Sequence record: NZ_CP072388.1
Length of the DNA: 64,000 nt
From: a plasmid
Reading direction: 5' to 3' (one strand)
In this document: one piece after another, positions 26,658-37,314 of the stretch
Layout: each line of letters begins with the position of its first letter
Numbering within the stretch: position 1 is the first letter of the stretch
Notes under the pieces: model-generated
What the model was told of the DNA's origin: nothing
Database searches by the model: none
What the model saw: the letters and a program-made list of their open reading frames with translations, nothing else
Position numbers and translations under genes: made by a program

Positions 26658-27598
26658 TGGGCGCGGGGCACAGTCACGGTCCGGCCGATGCGACCGGTGG
26701 GGCGGCTCCGGACCTTCGTCGCCGGCTCGCGATCGTGTTCGGGCTGACGTCGACGGTCGTGGTGGCGCAGGCGATCGGGTCGTGGGTCACGGGAAGCCTG
26801 GCGCTGTTGACCGACACGGCGCACGCGTTGACGGACGCCACGGGTTTGCTGGTCGCGTTGATCGCCGCCACGTTGATGCTCAGGCCGGCGAACAAGCACC
26901 GCACGTGGGGATTCCGGCGGATCGAGGTGATCGCCGCGCTCGCGCAGGCGACGTTGTTGATTGTGGTCGGGGTGTACGCAGCGGTCGAGGGGGTGCGGCG
27001 CCTGGTGGAGCCGCCCGAGGTGCAGTCGTCCGAGCTGCTGGTGTTCGGCATCGTGGGCCTGGTCGCGAACATCACGGGGATCGTGATCCTGTCCTCCAGC
27101 CGGGGCGCGAACTTCAACATGCGGGCCGCGTTCTTGGAGGTCCTCAACGACGCGCTCGGCTCGCTGGGCGTGATCGTGGCGGCGATCGTAATTACGACCA
27201 CGGGGTTCCAGCGGGCGGACGCGATCGCGGGCCTGTTCATCGCGGCGCTGATCGTGCCGCGCGCGGTGACGATCCTGCGAGAGACGACGAGCGTGCTGAT
27301 GGAGTTCACGCCGAAGGGTCTGGACCTGGACCAGGTCCGGGCGCACATCCTCGGTCTGGCGCACGTGCGTGACGTCCACGATCTGCACGCCTCGACCGTG
27401 GCGACGGGGCTGCCGACGATCTCCGCGCACGTGGTCGTCGACGACGAGTGCTTCACCGACGGGCACGCCCCGACGATCCTGCATGACATCCGCGAATGCG
27501 TCGCAGAGCACTTCCCGGTCTCGCTGGAGCACTCGACGTTCCAGCTCGAGACCGAGCGCCTGCGCGAGCACGAGCCCGCTGATACCCGGCACGCCTGA
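26657..27598 (+). CDS. Cation diffusion facilitator (CzcD-like Zn/Co/Cd exporter)
   Basis: Six TM helices with HxxxD motifs (HALTDATG), a His-rich N-terminus (GHSHG) and a C-terminal cytoplasmic domain. Confidence 0.85.
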   Translation: MGAGHSHGPADATGGAAPDLRRRLAIVFGLTSTVVVAQAIGSWVTGSLALLTDTAHALTDATGLLVALIAATLMLRPANKHRTWGFRRIEVIAALAQATLLIVVGVYAAVEGVRRLVEPPEVQSSELLVFGIVGLVANITGIVILSSSRGANFNMRAAFLEVLNDALGSLGVIVAAIVITTTGFQRADAIAGLFIAALIVPRAVTILRETTSVLMEFTPKGLDLDQVRAHILGLAHVRDVHDLHASTVATGLPTISAHVVVDDECFTDGHAPTILHDIRECVAEHFPVSLEHSTFQLETERLREHEPADTRHA

Positions 27599-27625
27599 GT
27601 AGCCGCGGCAAGGTCGGGGCGGGGT

Positions 27626-28606
27626 TCAAGTATTGCCGTCGCCGAGTCGGCGCAGGTAGTCGTTGTAGGCGTCGAGCTCGGGGTCGCCGTACTGGTCGAT
27701 GCGACGGTCGGCCGCCCGGGTGCGGCGGGTCTCGTCCTTGTTCCAGCGCACGAAGATGATCAGCAGCATGATCAGCGAGGGCAGCTCGCCATAGGACCAG
27801 GCCAGCGCCCCGGCGACGCCCTGGTCGGCGAGCACGTCCACTCCCCAGGTCGCGGGTGGGTGGGTGAATGCGGAGACCAGGGGGGCGCTAGCCATCATGA
27901 CGATGACGCCGAAGAACGCGTGGGTGGGCATCTCGATGAACATGTCCGCCGCCCGCCCGAGGTGTCCCTGGGGTCGGGGTAGCGGGTCGCGGGAAAGCAC
28001 GGGGATGGTGAACAGGATCCCCGCCAGCAGGAACAGCAGCTCGAGGGAGAGGTGTCCGGTCCATGTGCCCAGGAGGTTGCCGGCGAGCGGGCTGAGGTAC
28101 AGGGCGTAGAAGCACAGCAGGAACAGCGGGATCATCAGGGCTGGGTGCAGCACGACCTGACCGGCCCCTGATCGCAGGCCCCACCGGGCGGCGATGAGCA
28201 CGGGCCGCCCCATCCGGGTATGAGGGGTGGCGCGCAGAAGCAGCGTGCCGGGGCGGCCCAGGACCAGCAGCGGCGGGACGGCCATCATGAGGGTGAGCTG
28301 CTGGAACATGAACACCGAGTACATCTCCAGGCCGTAGCCCTCCACGCCGGCGCCCATCACCACGACCAGGACGGCGCACCCGGTGAGGAAGGACAGCGTC
28401 GCCCACGGCGACCAGCGCCGCCCGCTGGCCCAGACGCGGATCGCGCCGGCCAGGTACGCCGCGGCGGCGAGGAGCCCGAGCACGGGGATGACCGGGATGG
28501 GCTGCAGCGTCGGGGCGAGGAACGTCTCCCATGACGGGGGCTCGGTCGGCAGCCACACGGGGCCGTCGAACTGCGTTGGGAGCAGAGGGCCCATGCGCAC
28601 CTGCAC
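27626..28606 (-). CDS. Cytochrome c oxidase caa3 assembly factor CtaG-like membrane protein
   Basis: Polytopic protein of the size and TM pattern of the CtaG_Cox15 family. Common in actinobacterial copper islands. Confidence 0.65.
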   Translation of the reverse strand: MQVRMGPLLPTQFDGPVWLPTEPPSWETFLAPTLQPIPVIPVLGLLAAAAYLAGAIRVWASGRRWSPWATLSFLTGCAVLVVVMGAGVEGYGLEMYSVFMFQQLTLMMAVPPLLVLGRPGTLLLRATPHTRMGRPVLIAARWGLRSGAGQVVLHPALMIPLFLLCFYALYLSPLAGNLLGTWTGHLSLELLFLLAGILFTIPVLSRDPLPRPQGHLGRAADMFIEMPTHAFFGVIVMMASAPLVSAFTHPPATWGVDVLADQGVAGALAWSYGELPSLIMLLIIFVRWNKDETRRTRAADRRIDQYGDPELDAYNDYLRRLGDGNT

Positions 28607-28704
28607 CTCCGTTCCTGCCGCCGGGACGGGTCCGGACGCTAGCAGACCTGGCCGGGAGCGCCCTCGGCTCGGGTTCAGGTCGTACCTCTATCATCACCCT
28701 CGTC

Positions 28705-29103
28705 ATGGGCACCTCGACTCGACCTCGCGTGGGCGCGGCCGCAACGCGGCTCGTGCTCGTCTTCGCGCTGCTCGCGTTGACCGGACTGTTCGCCCTCACC
28801 ACCGTCGACTCGACCGCGCCGGCCGCCGCCGGTGTGGTGGCTGCCGAGCACGTCACCCAGGACCCGTCCGCCGAAGAGGCTGCTGCGCAGCTCGGTGGCA
28901 GCGAGGTGCCGCACGGTGAGGTGCTGACTTTGCTGTGCCTGTGCGCGCTGCTGATCGCCGGTGTCGTCATCGCAGCCCGGGGCGCGATGCTGCACCGCTC
29001 CACGAGACGCCTGCCCGGTCTTCGTACCCTCGTGGGTGTCTTGCGAGCCGCACGGAGACCCGTTGTCGCCGATCCATGGGTCTGGGGGGTCAGCCGGACG
29101 TAG
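28705..29103 (+). CDS. Hypothetical membrane or secreted protein
   Basis: N-terminal TM/signal helix and a second hydrophobic helix. Confidence 0.4.
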   Translation: MGTSTRPRVGAAATRLVLVFALLALTGLFALTTVDSTAPAAAGVVAAEHVTQDPSAEEAAAQLGGSEVPHGEVLTLLCLCALLIAGVVIAARGAMLHRSTRRLPGLRTLVGVLRAARRPVVADPWVWGVSRT

Positions 29104-29306
29104 TCGTCCGGCCGCCACGACGCGCCAGCACCGCCTGGCCTGCGGTCGCTGACCGCCTCGCTCACCTCCCCCCGCACCACCACGCTGGGCCCTCGTCGAC
29201 GCTTCGCCCCCGGATGTTCGACACGAGTTGAGCGCACCCTTGTTCCTGTGCACCCTTGCTGCGCATTCTTGGCGCGGCATGGGCCGTCTTCGGAGGAGAC
29301 CCGACG

Positions 29307-30224
29307 ATGGAGATCTCTGCTTTGAGCGTGCTGCTCGTGTGGTCCAGCGCCACCGCCCTGGTCATCGCCTTGATCGCGTTCGCGGTCGACCTCGCTCAAC
29401 GTGCCGACCCGCGCGGCGGCCAGCGCGTGAACCCAGCGGCGACGGCGGTCACCATGCCGCGTCGCGCGGCCGGGATCGCGATGGCCACCACCTGGCTCGC
29501 CACGGGGCTGCTCGTCGTTGCGATCGTGCTGCGTGGCATGGCGGCAGGGCGCACCCCGTGGGCGAACATGTACGAGTTCACCCTGGTGGGTACGTGCGCG
29601 GCCCTGCTCGCGTTCCTCGTGCTGAATGCACGCCGGGACCTGCGGTTCGCCGGCACGTTCGTCACCGGCGTCGCTGCGCTGTTCCTGGTCCTGGCGCTGA
29701 ACGCGTTCTACACCCCGGCCACGGGCTTGTTCCCCGCGCTGCAGTCGTACTGGCTCGTGATCCACGTCGGCGTCGCGATCGGCGCAACCGGGATCTTCAC
29801 CGTCAGCGCGATCCTGTCCGCGCTGCAGCTGCTGCGTGACCACCGCGACGAGGGCGGGGTCGTGCTGGGGCGGCGCTGGTGGCGGTGGCTGGACGTGATG
29901 CCGGAGCCGGCCGCGCTCGAGTCGACGTCTTTCCGGCTCAACGCGGTGGGGTTCGTCGCCTGGACCTTCACGCTGATCGGTGGGGCGATCTGGGCCGAGA
30001 GCGCGTGGGGTCGCTACTGGGGATGGGACCCGAAGGAGGTGTGGACGTTCATCATCTGGATCGTCTACGCCGCCTACCTGCACGCGCGCACCACACGCGG
30101 CTGGACAGGTCGCCGCGCCGCCTACCTCGTCCTGGTCGGATATAGCTGCGTGCTGTTCAACTTCACGGTGGTGAACCTGCTCATCAACGGCAAGCACTCC
30201 TACTCCGGGCTGACCGCCGGATGA
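29307..30224 (+). CDS. Cytochrome c biogenesis protein CcsB/ResC (CcsA family)
   Basis: Trp-rich WGRYWGWDPKEVW motif and conserved His residues. GGAGGAG RBS. Confidence 0.75.
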   Translation: MEISALSVLLVWSSATALVIALIAFAVDLAQRADPRGGQRVNPAATAVTMPRRAAGIAMATTWLATGLLVVAIVLRGMAAGRTPWANMYEFTLVGTCAALLAFLVLNARRDLRFAGTFVTGVAALFLVLALNAFYTPATGLFPALQSYWLVIHVGVAIGATGIFTVSAILSALQLLRDHRDEGGVVLGRRWWRWLDVMPEPAALESTSFRLNAVGFVAWTFTLIGGAIWAESAWGRYWGWDPKEVWTFIIWIVYAAYLHARTTRGWTGRRAAYLVLVGYSCVLFNFTVVNLLINGKHSYSGLTAG

Positions 30225-31321
30225 ACGGCGCGACACGGCACGACGTCCTGGTCGTCGGAGGTGGCCAGGCGGGGCTCGTCACCGCGGCCCTGCTCGCCCG
30301 CGCCGGCGTGGACTACGTCGTGCTCGACGCGGGCGAACGCCCCGGAGCCAGCTGGGCCCGGCGCTGGGACTCGCTGCGGCTGGTCACTCCGGGCCGCTAC
30401 ACGGCCTTGCCCGACTTCCCCAACCCGTGGCCCGGCGCCTACTACCCGACGAAGGACGAGGTCGCGGCCTACCTCGCCGACTATGCGCGCCACCACGACC
30501 TGATCGTGCGTCACGGCGTGCGTGTCGACCAGCTCAGCGTCGACAACGCCGGGGTGTTCGTCGCCTCGGGGACGCACGGGGCGACCACGGCGCGGCGCGT
30601 GGTCGTGGCGACCGGCGCGTTCCACACGCCGTTCGTTCCCGACCTCGCCCACGGGACCGCCGAGCACATCGTGCAGCTGCACTCGCACGACTACCGCGGT
30701 CCGCAGGCGACACCGGGGAGACGGGTCCTGGTCGTGGGTGGCGGCAACTCCGGCGCACAGATCGCGCTCGAGCTCGCCCGCGACGACCGCGAGGTCCACC
30801 TCGCCTGTGCGGGCAGGCTGCGCAGCGTGCGGCAGGCGTTCGCTGCCGGGCCCGCGCTGTGGTGGATGACGCGCACCGCCACCCTGCGCGCCTCTGGCGG
30901 CGTTCTCGGTCGTCGGCTGCGGATGACCGACCCCGTGATCGGGATCTCCGACGCCGACCTGTGGGCGCTGGGCGTGCGCGTTCGCGAGCGGGTGCGGCAG
31001 GTGACCGGCCCGGACGCGGTGCTCGCGGATGACACGACCTGCCGGCCGGACACGATCGTGTGGGCGACCGGGTACCGCCACGACGACTCCTGGATCGCCG
31101 TTTCCCGGGCGCTGAACCCGCACGGCGCCCTAGTCCACGACGACCACCGCACCCGGATCGCGGGCCTGCACGTCATCGGGCGGCCGTGGCAGCGCACCCG
31201 CGGTTCAGCACTGCTCGGCTTCGTCGGCGATGACGCACGCCGCATGGTCGGCAGCATCCTCAACGATCGTCCCGCGACCGATCACCGCAACCCCGTCGCC
31301 CTGGAAGAGGACCACCCGTGA
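30221..31321 (+). CDS. FAD/NAD(P)-binding oxidoreductase (flavin monooxygenase-like, CzcO-type)
   Basis: Two Rossmann GxGxxG motifs (VVGGGQAG and VVGGGNSG). Confidence 0.75.
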   Translation: MNGATRHDVLVVGGGQAGLVTAALLARAGVDYVVLDAGERPGASWARRWDSLRLVTPGRYTALPDFPNPWPGAYYPTKDEVAAYLADYARHHDLIVRHGVRVDQLSVDNAGVFVASGTHGATTARRVVVATGAFHTPFVPDLAHGTAEHIVQLHSHDYRGPQATPGRRVLVVGGGNSGAQIALELARDDREVHLACAGRLRSVRQAFAAGPALWWMTRTATLRASGGVLGRRLRMTDPVIGISDADLWALGVRVRERVRQVTGPDAVLADDTTCRPDTIVWATGYRHDDSWIAVSRALNPHGALVHDDHRTRIAGLHVIGRPWQRTRGSALLGFVGDDARRMVGSILNDRPATDHRNPVALEEDHP

Positions 31322-31614
31322 CCATCCCGTGGACCGCCATCATCGCGGGGGTCGTGCCCTCCATCGGCGTCGGACTGCTGTTCTGGCTCGCGATGCGCGC
31401 GATCATTCACGCCGACCGCAACGAACGCAACGCCCTCGCCGAGCTCGAGCGCCAGCAGGCCGCGGCCGACGGCACCCGGCACCCCGACCCCGCTACGGCG
31501 ACTTCATCTGAAGGCAACGGCATCGACCGTGCCGAGCCTGCTCCGGGGGCACCCGACGACCCGAGCGGCGCCGCCGTCTCGCAACCCACTACCCAACCGC
31601 CGAGGAACCCATGA
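31318..31614 (+). CDS. Small membrane protein (98 aa)
   Basis: One TM helix followed by a Pro/Ala-rich tail. Start and stop overlap the neighbouring genes. Confidence 0.4.
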   Translation: MTIPWTAIIAGVVPSIGVGLLFWLAMRAIIHADRNERNALAELERQQAAADGTRHPDPATATSSEGNGIDRAEPAPGAPDDPSGAAVSQPTTQPPRNP

Positions 31615-32264
31615 CGACCCGACGAGTCCTGCAGTCCCTTCTCCTGGTTGGCGTGATCGGACTGGTCGCCATCCTGGTCTGGTTCATCTTGTCCTCGGGG
31701 ACCGATGACGGCGCAGCCGCGCCTAGCGGTGACCCTCAGGTCGTGCGAGACAACAGCCACGTCCTAAACCAGGCACCCGAGGAGAAGGCCGTTCTGGTCG
31801 AGTTCCTCGACTTCGAGTGCGAGGTCTGCCGCGCCTACTACCCGACCGTCGAGCAGCTGCGCGAGCGCAATGCCGACGAGCTCACCCTGGTGATCCGCTA
31901 CTTCCCGATCCCCTCGCACGCCAACGCGAACAACGCCGCGATCGCGGTCGAGGCCGCCGCCCGCCAGGACCAGATCGAGGCGATGTACCAGCAGATGTAC
32001 GCCACGCAGGCCGAGTGGGGCGAGGCACGCGAGTCCAAGGCCGAAGTGTTCCGCGGCTTCGCCCAGGACATCGGCCTGGACATTGAGCAGTATGACGCCG
32101 ACGTGGCCGACCCCGACGTCGCAGCCCGCGTCCAGTCCGACTTCGACGAAGGCGTACGCCTGGGAGTGCAAGGCACCCCCACGTTCTTCCTCGACGGCGA
32201 GAAGCTGACCGTGCAGACGCCCGAAGACCTGATTCGGGCCGTCGAGGGCGCGCTCGGCCAGTGA
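31611..32264 (+). CDS. DsbA-like thiol:disulfide oxidoreductase
   Basis: N-terminal TM anchor and a thioredoxin-fold CxxC motif (FECEVCRAYYP). Confidence 0.8.
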   Translation: MTTRRVLQSLLLVGVIGLVAILVWFILSSGTDDGAAAPSGDPQVVRDNSHVLNQAPEEKAVLVEFLDFECEVCRAYYPTVEQLRERNADELTLVIRYFPIPSHANANNAAIAVEAAARQDQIEAMYQQMYATQAEWGEARESKAEVFRGFAQDIGLDIEQYDADVADPDVAARVQSDFDEGVRLGVQGTPTFFLDGEKLTVQTPEDLIRAVEGALGQ

Positions 32265-32989
32265 GTGTCACCGAGACCGTCTTCTCCGGCGGCCTGCTCC
32301 TGGCCCTCCCACTCGCCATGGTCGCCGGGCTGGTCTCGTTCGCCTCGCCGTGCATCCTGCCGCTCGTGCCGGGCTACCTGGGGTACGTGGGCGGGATGGG
32401 GCGCGAGGTCTCGCGGCGGCGCCTCATGCTCGGGGTCGGGCTGTTCATTGCCGGGTTCACCGTCGTGTTCGTCGCCTACGGCGCCCTGTTCGGCGCGCTC
32501 GGGTCCTGGCTCGTGCAGCGCCAGGACCTCATGATCCGCGTCTTCGGGGTCCTGGTGGTCCTCATGGGCCTGGTGTTCGTCGGGCAGGTCGGGCCGCTGC
32601 AGCGCGTGGTGCGCCCGTCCTGGACGCCGCGGGTCGGGACCGTCGGAGCCCCGGTCTTGGGGGTGGTGTTCGGTCTCGGCTGGACCCCGTGCCTGGGCCC
32701 GACGCTCGTGGCCATCTCCGCGCTCAGCGTGGACGCCGGTACGGCCGGACGCGGGGCGCTACTCGCTCTCGCGTACTGCTTCGGCCTGGGAGTCCCGTTT
32801 GGCCTGGTCGCGTGGGGCTTCGGGTGGGCGAAGCGTTCCACCACGTTCCTCCGCGAACACCTGCGCGCAATCAACATCGCCGGCGGCGCCGTGCTCGTCC
32901 TCATCGGCCTGGCCATGGTCACCGGACTGTGGACCGTCCTGATGACGACGATGCAGGGTTGGGTCGGTGGTTTCGTCACGCCGATCTAG
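32261..32989 (+). CDS. ccdA: Cytochrome c biogenesis protein CcdA (DsbD-family membrane electron carrier)
   Basis: SFASPCILPLVPGYL and GWTPCLGP motifs with conserved Cys in TM1 and TM4. Confidence 0.85.
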   Translation: MSVTETVFSGGLLLALPLAMVAGLVSFASPCILPLVPGYLGYVGGMGREVSRRRLMLGVGLFIAGFTVVFVAYGALFGALGSWLVQRQDLMIRVFGVLVVLMGLVFVGQVGPLQRVVRPSWTPRVGTVGAPVLGVVFGLGWTPCLGPTLVAISALSVDAGTAGRGALLALAYCFGLGVPFGLVAWGFGWAKRSTTFLREHLRAINIAGGAVLVLIGLAMVTGLWTVLMTTMQGWVGGFVTPI

Positions 32990-33520
32990 TCGGCAACAAG
33001 CACCATCGCCCGATCCCAATGGCGCGACCAGACCGGGGGTGGTGCGTGGCGGGACGAAAGCCACATGGACCCACGACGGCGCACGCCACCACGCAGGCTG
33101 TCGCCCAGAGGAACAGGAACCCGACAGCAGCCGCGGCGATGGCAAGGCCGATATCGATCGCCAACCACACCTTGCGCCCTGGCGGCCAGTGCTGGCGTCG
33201 GATTCACAGGAGAAAGACGACCGTCGCCGGGATGGAGACCACGACACCGGTGACCGCACCCAGCGACTACTCGCCGAGGCGTTCCAGGTCGTCAGATGGA
33301 AGAGCATGTTCATGCCGAGCTGCCACTGGAACGCGGTGTTGCCACCACCCAGCCGTTGCTAGGCCTCGCACGCGGCCTACCGCGCCACTTCCGCCTGTCA
33401 GGTGTGCACCGAGGAGAGCGGCAGCACGATCGCGGCTCGCGCGAGATCCGCGGCAACGTCCGGAGGTGGGCTGAAGCTGCATCGCGCGATGCCTATCCGG
33501 GCACCTGGTCGTCTCGACGC

Positions 33521-34774
33521 TCATCCCACGATCGTCAGGGTCAGCAGGGTGATGTTGAGCACGACGATGACCGCAGCGATGGCGCACGCCGATAGGTGCA
33601 GCAGGGCGCCGTTGCGCCGCGCACCCATCATCCCCGCGTCGCGGGTAACCAATACCAAGGGAATCAGTGCGAACGGGATACCGAAACTGAGTACGACCTG
33701 GCTGATGACGAGCATGCTCGTCGGCGGAACGTCGGTAGCAAGCAGTAGGAGCGCCGGGGTGAGCGTGACCAAGCGTCGGACTAGAAGAGGGATGCGTGTC
33801 CGCAGAAGGCCGCGCATGATCTCCGCCCCGGCGTACGCCCCGACTGAGGTCGAAGCGAGTCCTGACGCGAGCAGACCGACGGCAAAGAGCACCGCGATTG
33901 TGGGTCCGAGTGCTGCTGCGATTGCTGTGTGGGCCCCGCTGATCGTGTCGGTTCCGTCCCGCCCAGCAAGGTTGGTCGCCGCCAGAAGGAGCATCGCAAT
34001 GTTCACCCCACCGGCGATTGCCAGCGCGATGACGACGTCCCAGCGTGTCGCACGCAGAAGATGCGCAGTCTCCAGGTCCGTACGCGATCGGCCGTGCCGA
34101 TCGCGCGCGAGGGAGGAGTGCAGGTAGATCACGTGGGGCATGACGGTCGCGCCGAGCATTGACGCCGCGAGCAGGACGGACTGCGGGCCATCGAAGCGAG
34201 GAACGAGCCCGGCCGCGGCCTGTGCCCACGGCGGTGGGGTGACAAAAAGGCCAGCCGTGAAGCCGACGGTGAGCACGACAAGCAGACCGGTGATGACGAA
34301 CTCGAAATGACGCTGGCGCCGTCGGTGCTGAAGCACGAGAAGCGCCAGGGAGACCACGCCCGTGATCACGCCGCCCAGCACGAGCGGCAGATCGAATAGG
34401 AGGTTCAGGGCGATGGCCCCGCCGATCACCTCAGCAAGATCAGTGGCCGCCGCGACGAGCTCGGCCTGGCCCCAATAGGCGAGACGGGCGGGCCGAGTAA
34501 ACCGCTGCCCTAGCACCTCAGGAAGTGAGCGACCCGTGACGATCCCCAGCTTCGCGGACAGATACTGCACCACCACGGCCATCGCATTCGCCCCGACCAG
34601 AACCCACACGAGCAGGAACCCGAACTGCGCCCCGGCGGAGACGTTCGCCGCGACATTGCCCGGGTCGACGTAAGCGACCGACGCGACGAACGCGGGCCCC
34701 AGAAGGCGAAGCAAACCGAGCCGCTCGGTCCGCGGCGCCGCCCGCCTCGAGTCCTGCCCGACTGCAAGATCCAT
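33521..34774 (-). CDS. mntH: Nramp-family divalent metal (Mn2+/Fe2+) transporter
   Basis: Consensus VAYVDPGNVAAN and the typical 11-TM Nramp layout. Confidence 0.9.
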   Translation of the reverse strand: MDLAVGQDSRRAAPRTERLGLLRLLGPAFVASVAYVDPGNVAANVSAGAQFGFLLVWVLVGANAMAVVVQYLSAKLGIVTGRSLPEVLGQRFTRPARLAYWGQAELVAAATDLAEVIGGAIALNLLFDLPLVLGGVITGVVSLALLVLQHRRRQRHFEFVITGLLVVLTVGFTAGLFVTPPPWAQAAAGLVPRFDGPQSVLLAASMLGATVMPHVIYLHSSLARDRHGRSRTDLETAHLLRATRWDVVIALAIAGGVNIAMLLLAATNLAGRDGTDTISGAHTAIAAALGPTIAVLFAVGLLASGLASTSVGAYAGAEIMRGLLRTRIPLLVRRLVTLTPALLLLATDVPPTSMLVISQVVLSFGIPFALIPLVLVTRDAGMMGARRNGALLHLSACAIAAVIVVLNITLLTLTIVG

Positions 34775-34835
34775 GTAGCCGAACTATACTCTTCGTGTTC
34801 CCGAACTCTCTGTCGGCCTCGTTGCGTTCCTTCCT

Positions 34836-36887
34836 CTAGATCGTGGAAGTCGGTGTCGGCGCGGGTCGTGTCGGTGCAGGCACCGTCGGCAGCGCGGTAA
34901 GGGTGGCGGTCCCGCGTGCGGCGCGGACGCCGTTGAGGATGACGACGACCTCGGCGATCTCGTGGACGAGCACGACGCCGGCCAGGCCCAGCACGCCGAA
35001 CAGCGCGAGCGGGAACAGCACGATGATGATCGCCAGGGCGAGCACGATGTTGCCGGTCATGATGCGCCGCCCGCGTCGGGCGTGGGCCAGGCCCTGGGGG
35101 ACCAGGCGCAGGTCGTTGCCCGTGAACGCGACGTCGGCGGACTCGATCGCGGCGGCCGACCCACCGACGCCCATCGCGATCCCGACGTTCGCCGCGGCGA
35201 GGGCGGGGGCGTCGTTCACGCCGTCGCCGATCATCGCGGTGGGCACGTGTTCGGCCGAGGCGCGCACGGCCTGCTCCTTGTCCTGGGGCATCTGGGCGGC
35301 ACGGACCTCGCTGATGCCGGCCTGGGCGGCCAGCGCGCGGGCGGTGCGCTCGTTGTCCCCGGTGAGCATGGTGACCGTGACACCGTCCAGGGCGAGCTGG
35401 CGCACGGCGTGGGCGGCCTCGGGGCGCAGCTCGTCGCGGATCCCGACGAGCGCGACCGGCTCGTCGCCGGCGGCGACCACGACGACGGTCATGCCCTGCC
35501 CCTCCAGGGTCGCCGCGTCGGGCTCGAGCGGACCGGGATCGATCCACCGGGTCGTGCCGACGCGGACCTGCACGCCGTCGACGGTGCCGTGCAGCCCGCG
35601 ACCGGGCAGCTCCTGGACGTCGCCCGCCGGGCGCACCGGCGCGGATGCGGCGGCGAGGATCGCCGCGGCCAGGGGGTGGGTGCTGCGCGCCTCGAGCGCG
35701 CCGGCCCAGGCCAGAGCCTGCTCGCGGGTGGTGCCGGGGCGGGTCCTCACCTGCACGACCTCGGGCCGGTTGCGGGTCAGGGTGCCGGTCTTGTCGATCG
35801 CGACGGCGCGCACGGTGCCGAGCTCTTCGAACGCCGCCCCGGACTTGACGATCATCCCGAACCGGCTCGCGGCGCCGATCGCGGAGATGACGGTGACGGG
35901 CACGGCGATCGCCAGCGCGCACGGAGACGCGGCGACGAGCACGACCAGGGCCCGCTCGGTCCACAAGCCCGGGTCGCCGACGACGAAGCCCCACACCACG
36001 ACCAGCGCCGCGGCGACGAGCACGATCGGCACGAGCGGCTTCGCGATCCGGTCCGCCAGGCGCGCTCGCTCGCCCTTGCGCGCCTGGGCCTGCTCGACGA
36101 GGTGCACGATCGTGGTCAGGGAGTTGTCGCGCCCGTCCGCGCTCGCCTCGACCAGCAGGGCCCCGCCGCCGTTGATCGCGCCGGCGGGCACGGCGTCGCC
36201 CGGGCCGACCTCGACCGGGATGGACTCCCCGGTGATGGCGGAGGTGTCCAGCGAGCTGCGCCCGGACGTCACGACGCCGTCGGTCGCCAGGCGTTCCCCG
36301 GCCCGCACGACCAGCAGGTCGAGCTCGCGCACGTCCGCGGCGGGGATCTCCACGTCCCCGGACAGGCGCGAGACCCGTGCCGTGGTGGGCATGAGGTCGA
36401 GCAGGGCGCGCAGGCCGTGCTTGGCCCGGTCCATCGCACGGTCCTCGAGGGCCTCGGCGATGGAGAACAAGAACGCCAGCGCCGCGGCCTCCCCGACGTG
36501 GCCGAGCGCGACGGCCCCGACCGCGGCGATCGTCATGAGCAGCCCGACCCCGAGCTTGCCGCGCGCCAGGCGCCGCACCGCACCGGGCACGAACGTCCAC
36601 GCGCCGGCCAGCAGGCTCGCGCTCTGCACCACCAGCGCGGGCGTGGCCAGGTCCGACCACTCCAGGGCGTACCCGACGGCGAGCAGCACACCCGAGAGCG
36701 CGGGCAGCAGCAGCGCACGATCACGCCACCACGGCGCGAGCTCCTCGTCCTCGCCGTCGTGCTCGTCGTGGCTGTCGGCGGGCGCGCCGTCGGGCGTGCG
36801 CGGCGAAGCAGGCGTCAGGCCCAAGCCGGTCACCAGCGCGGGACGGTCCTCGAGCTCGTCGTCGCCCCCGCAGCACTCGCGGCTCAC
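34836..36887 (-). CDS. Heavy-metal P1B-type ATPase (SPC motif)
   Basis: Motifs DKTGTLT, GDGVNDAPAL and ASPCALAIAVP in TM6. His/Asp-rich N-terminus. GTG start overlaps the stop of the upstream ArsR gene (GTGA). Confidence 0.9.
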   Translation of the reverse strand: MSRECCGGDDELEDRPALVTGLGLTPASPRTPDGAPADSHDEHDGEDEELAPWWRDRALLLPALSGVLLAVGYALEWSDLATPALVVQSASLLAGAWTFVPGAVRRLARGKLGVGLLMTIAAVGAVALGHVGEAAALAFLFSIAEALEDRAMDRAKHGLRALLDLMPTTARVSRLSGDVEIPAADVRELDLLVVRAGERLATDGVVTSGRSSLDTSAITGESIPVEVGPGDAVPAGAINGGGALLVEASADGRDNSLTTIVHLVEQAQARKGERARLADRIAKPLVPIVLVAAALVVVWGFVVGDPGLWTERALVVLVAASPCALAIAVPVTVISAIGAASRFGMIVKSGAAFEELGTVRAVAIDKTGTLTRNRPEVVQVRTRPGTTREQALAWAGALEARSTHPLAAAILAAASAPVRPAGDVQELPGRGLHGTVDGVQVRVGTTRWIDPGPLEPDAATLEGQGMTVVVVAAGDEPVALVGIRDELRPEAAHAVRQLALDGVTVTMLTGDNERTARALAAQAGISEVRAAQMPQDKEQAVRASAEHVPTAMIGDGVNDAPALAAANVGIAMGVGGSAAAIESADVAFTGNDLRLVPQGLAHARRGRRIMTGNIVLALAIIIVLFPLALFGVLGLAGVVLVHEIAEVVVILNGVRAARGTATLTALPTVPAPTRPAPTPTSTI

Positions 36888-37243
36888 TGCTCGTCCTCGC
36901 ACGCGGTGCAGCCCGGGACGTCGCACACCGGGTTCGAGCACTCGCGGCCTTCGCGGACGTCCAGGACCACGCGCATCAGCTCGTCCAGCGCCGCGGACAG
37001 GTGCGGGTCCGCGATCGTGTACTGGGTGCGGCGCCCGTCGGGCTCCGCAAGCACCAAACCGCACCCACGCAGACACGCCAGATGGTTGGACACGTTCTGC
37101 CGGCTCAACCCCAGGGCGTCGGCGAGGTCGGCCGGGTACGCCGGGCCGACGAGGAGACGTTCGAGGATGCGCGCGCGCGTCGGGTCACTCATCGCCCTCC
37201 CCAGGCGACCCATGACTTCTACACGATCACCAGTGTTCAGCAT
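36884..37243 (-). CDS. ArsR/CadC-family metalloregulator
   Basis: HTH MSDPTRARILERLLVGPAYPADL. Cys-rich C-terminus (CSNPVCDVPGCTAC). The start is placed at the ATG that sits in the centre of an operator palindrome. Confidence 0.75.
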   Translation of the reverse strand: MLNTGDRVEVMGRLGRAMSDPTRARILERLLVGPAYPADLADALGLSRQNVSNHLACLRGCGLVLAEPDGRRTQYTIADPHLSAALDELMRVVLDVREGRECSNPVCDVPGCTACEDEQ

Positions 37244-37252
37244 GTGCTGAAC
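37235..37252. promoter_or_regulatory. Operator-like palindrome gttcagca-tg-tgctgaac between divergent arsR-family genes
   Basis: 8-bp perfect arms. Resembles the TGAA...TTCA cores of ArsR/SmtB operators. Confidence 0.5.
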
Positions 37253-37314
37253 TATACAGTGCAGCGTGAACCTGCGATCCGATCCCATCGACAAGTGTCA
37301 GTTATTATCGGTCT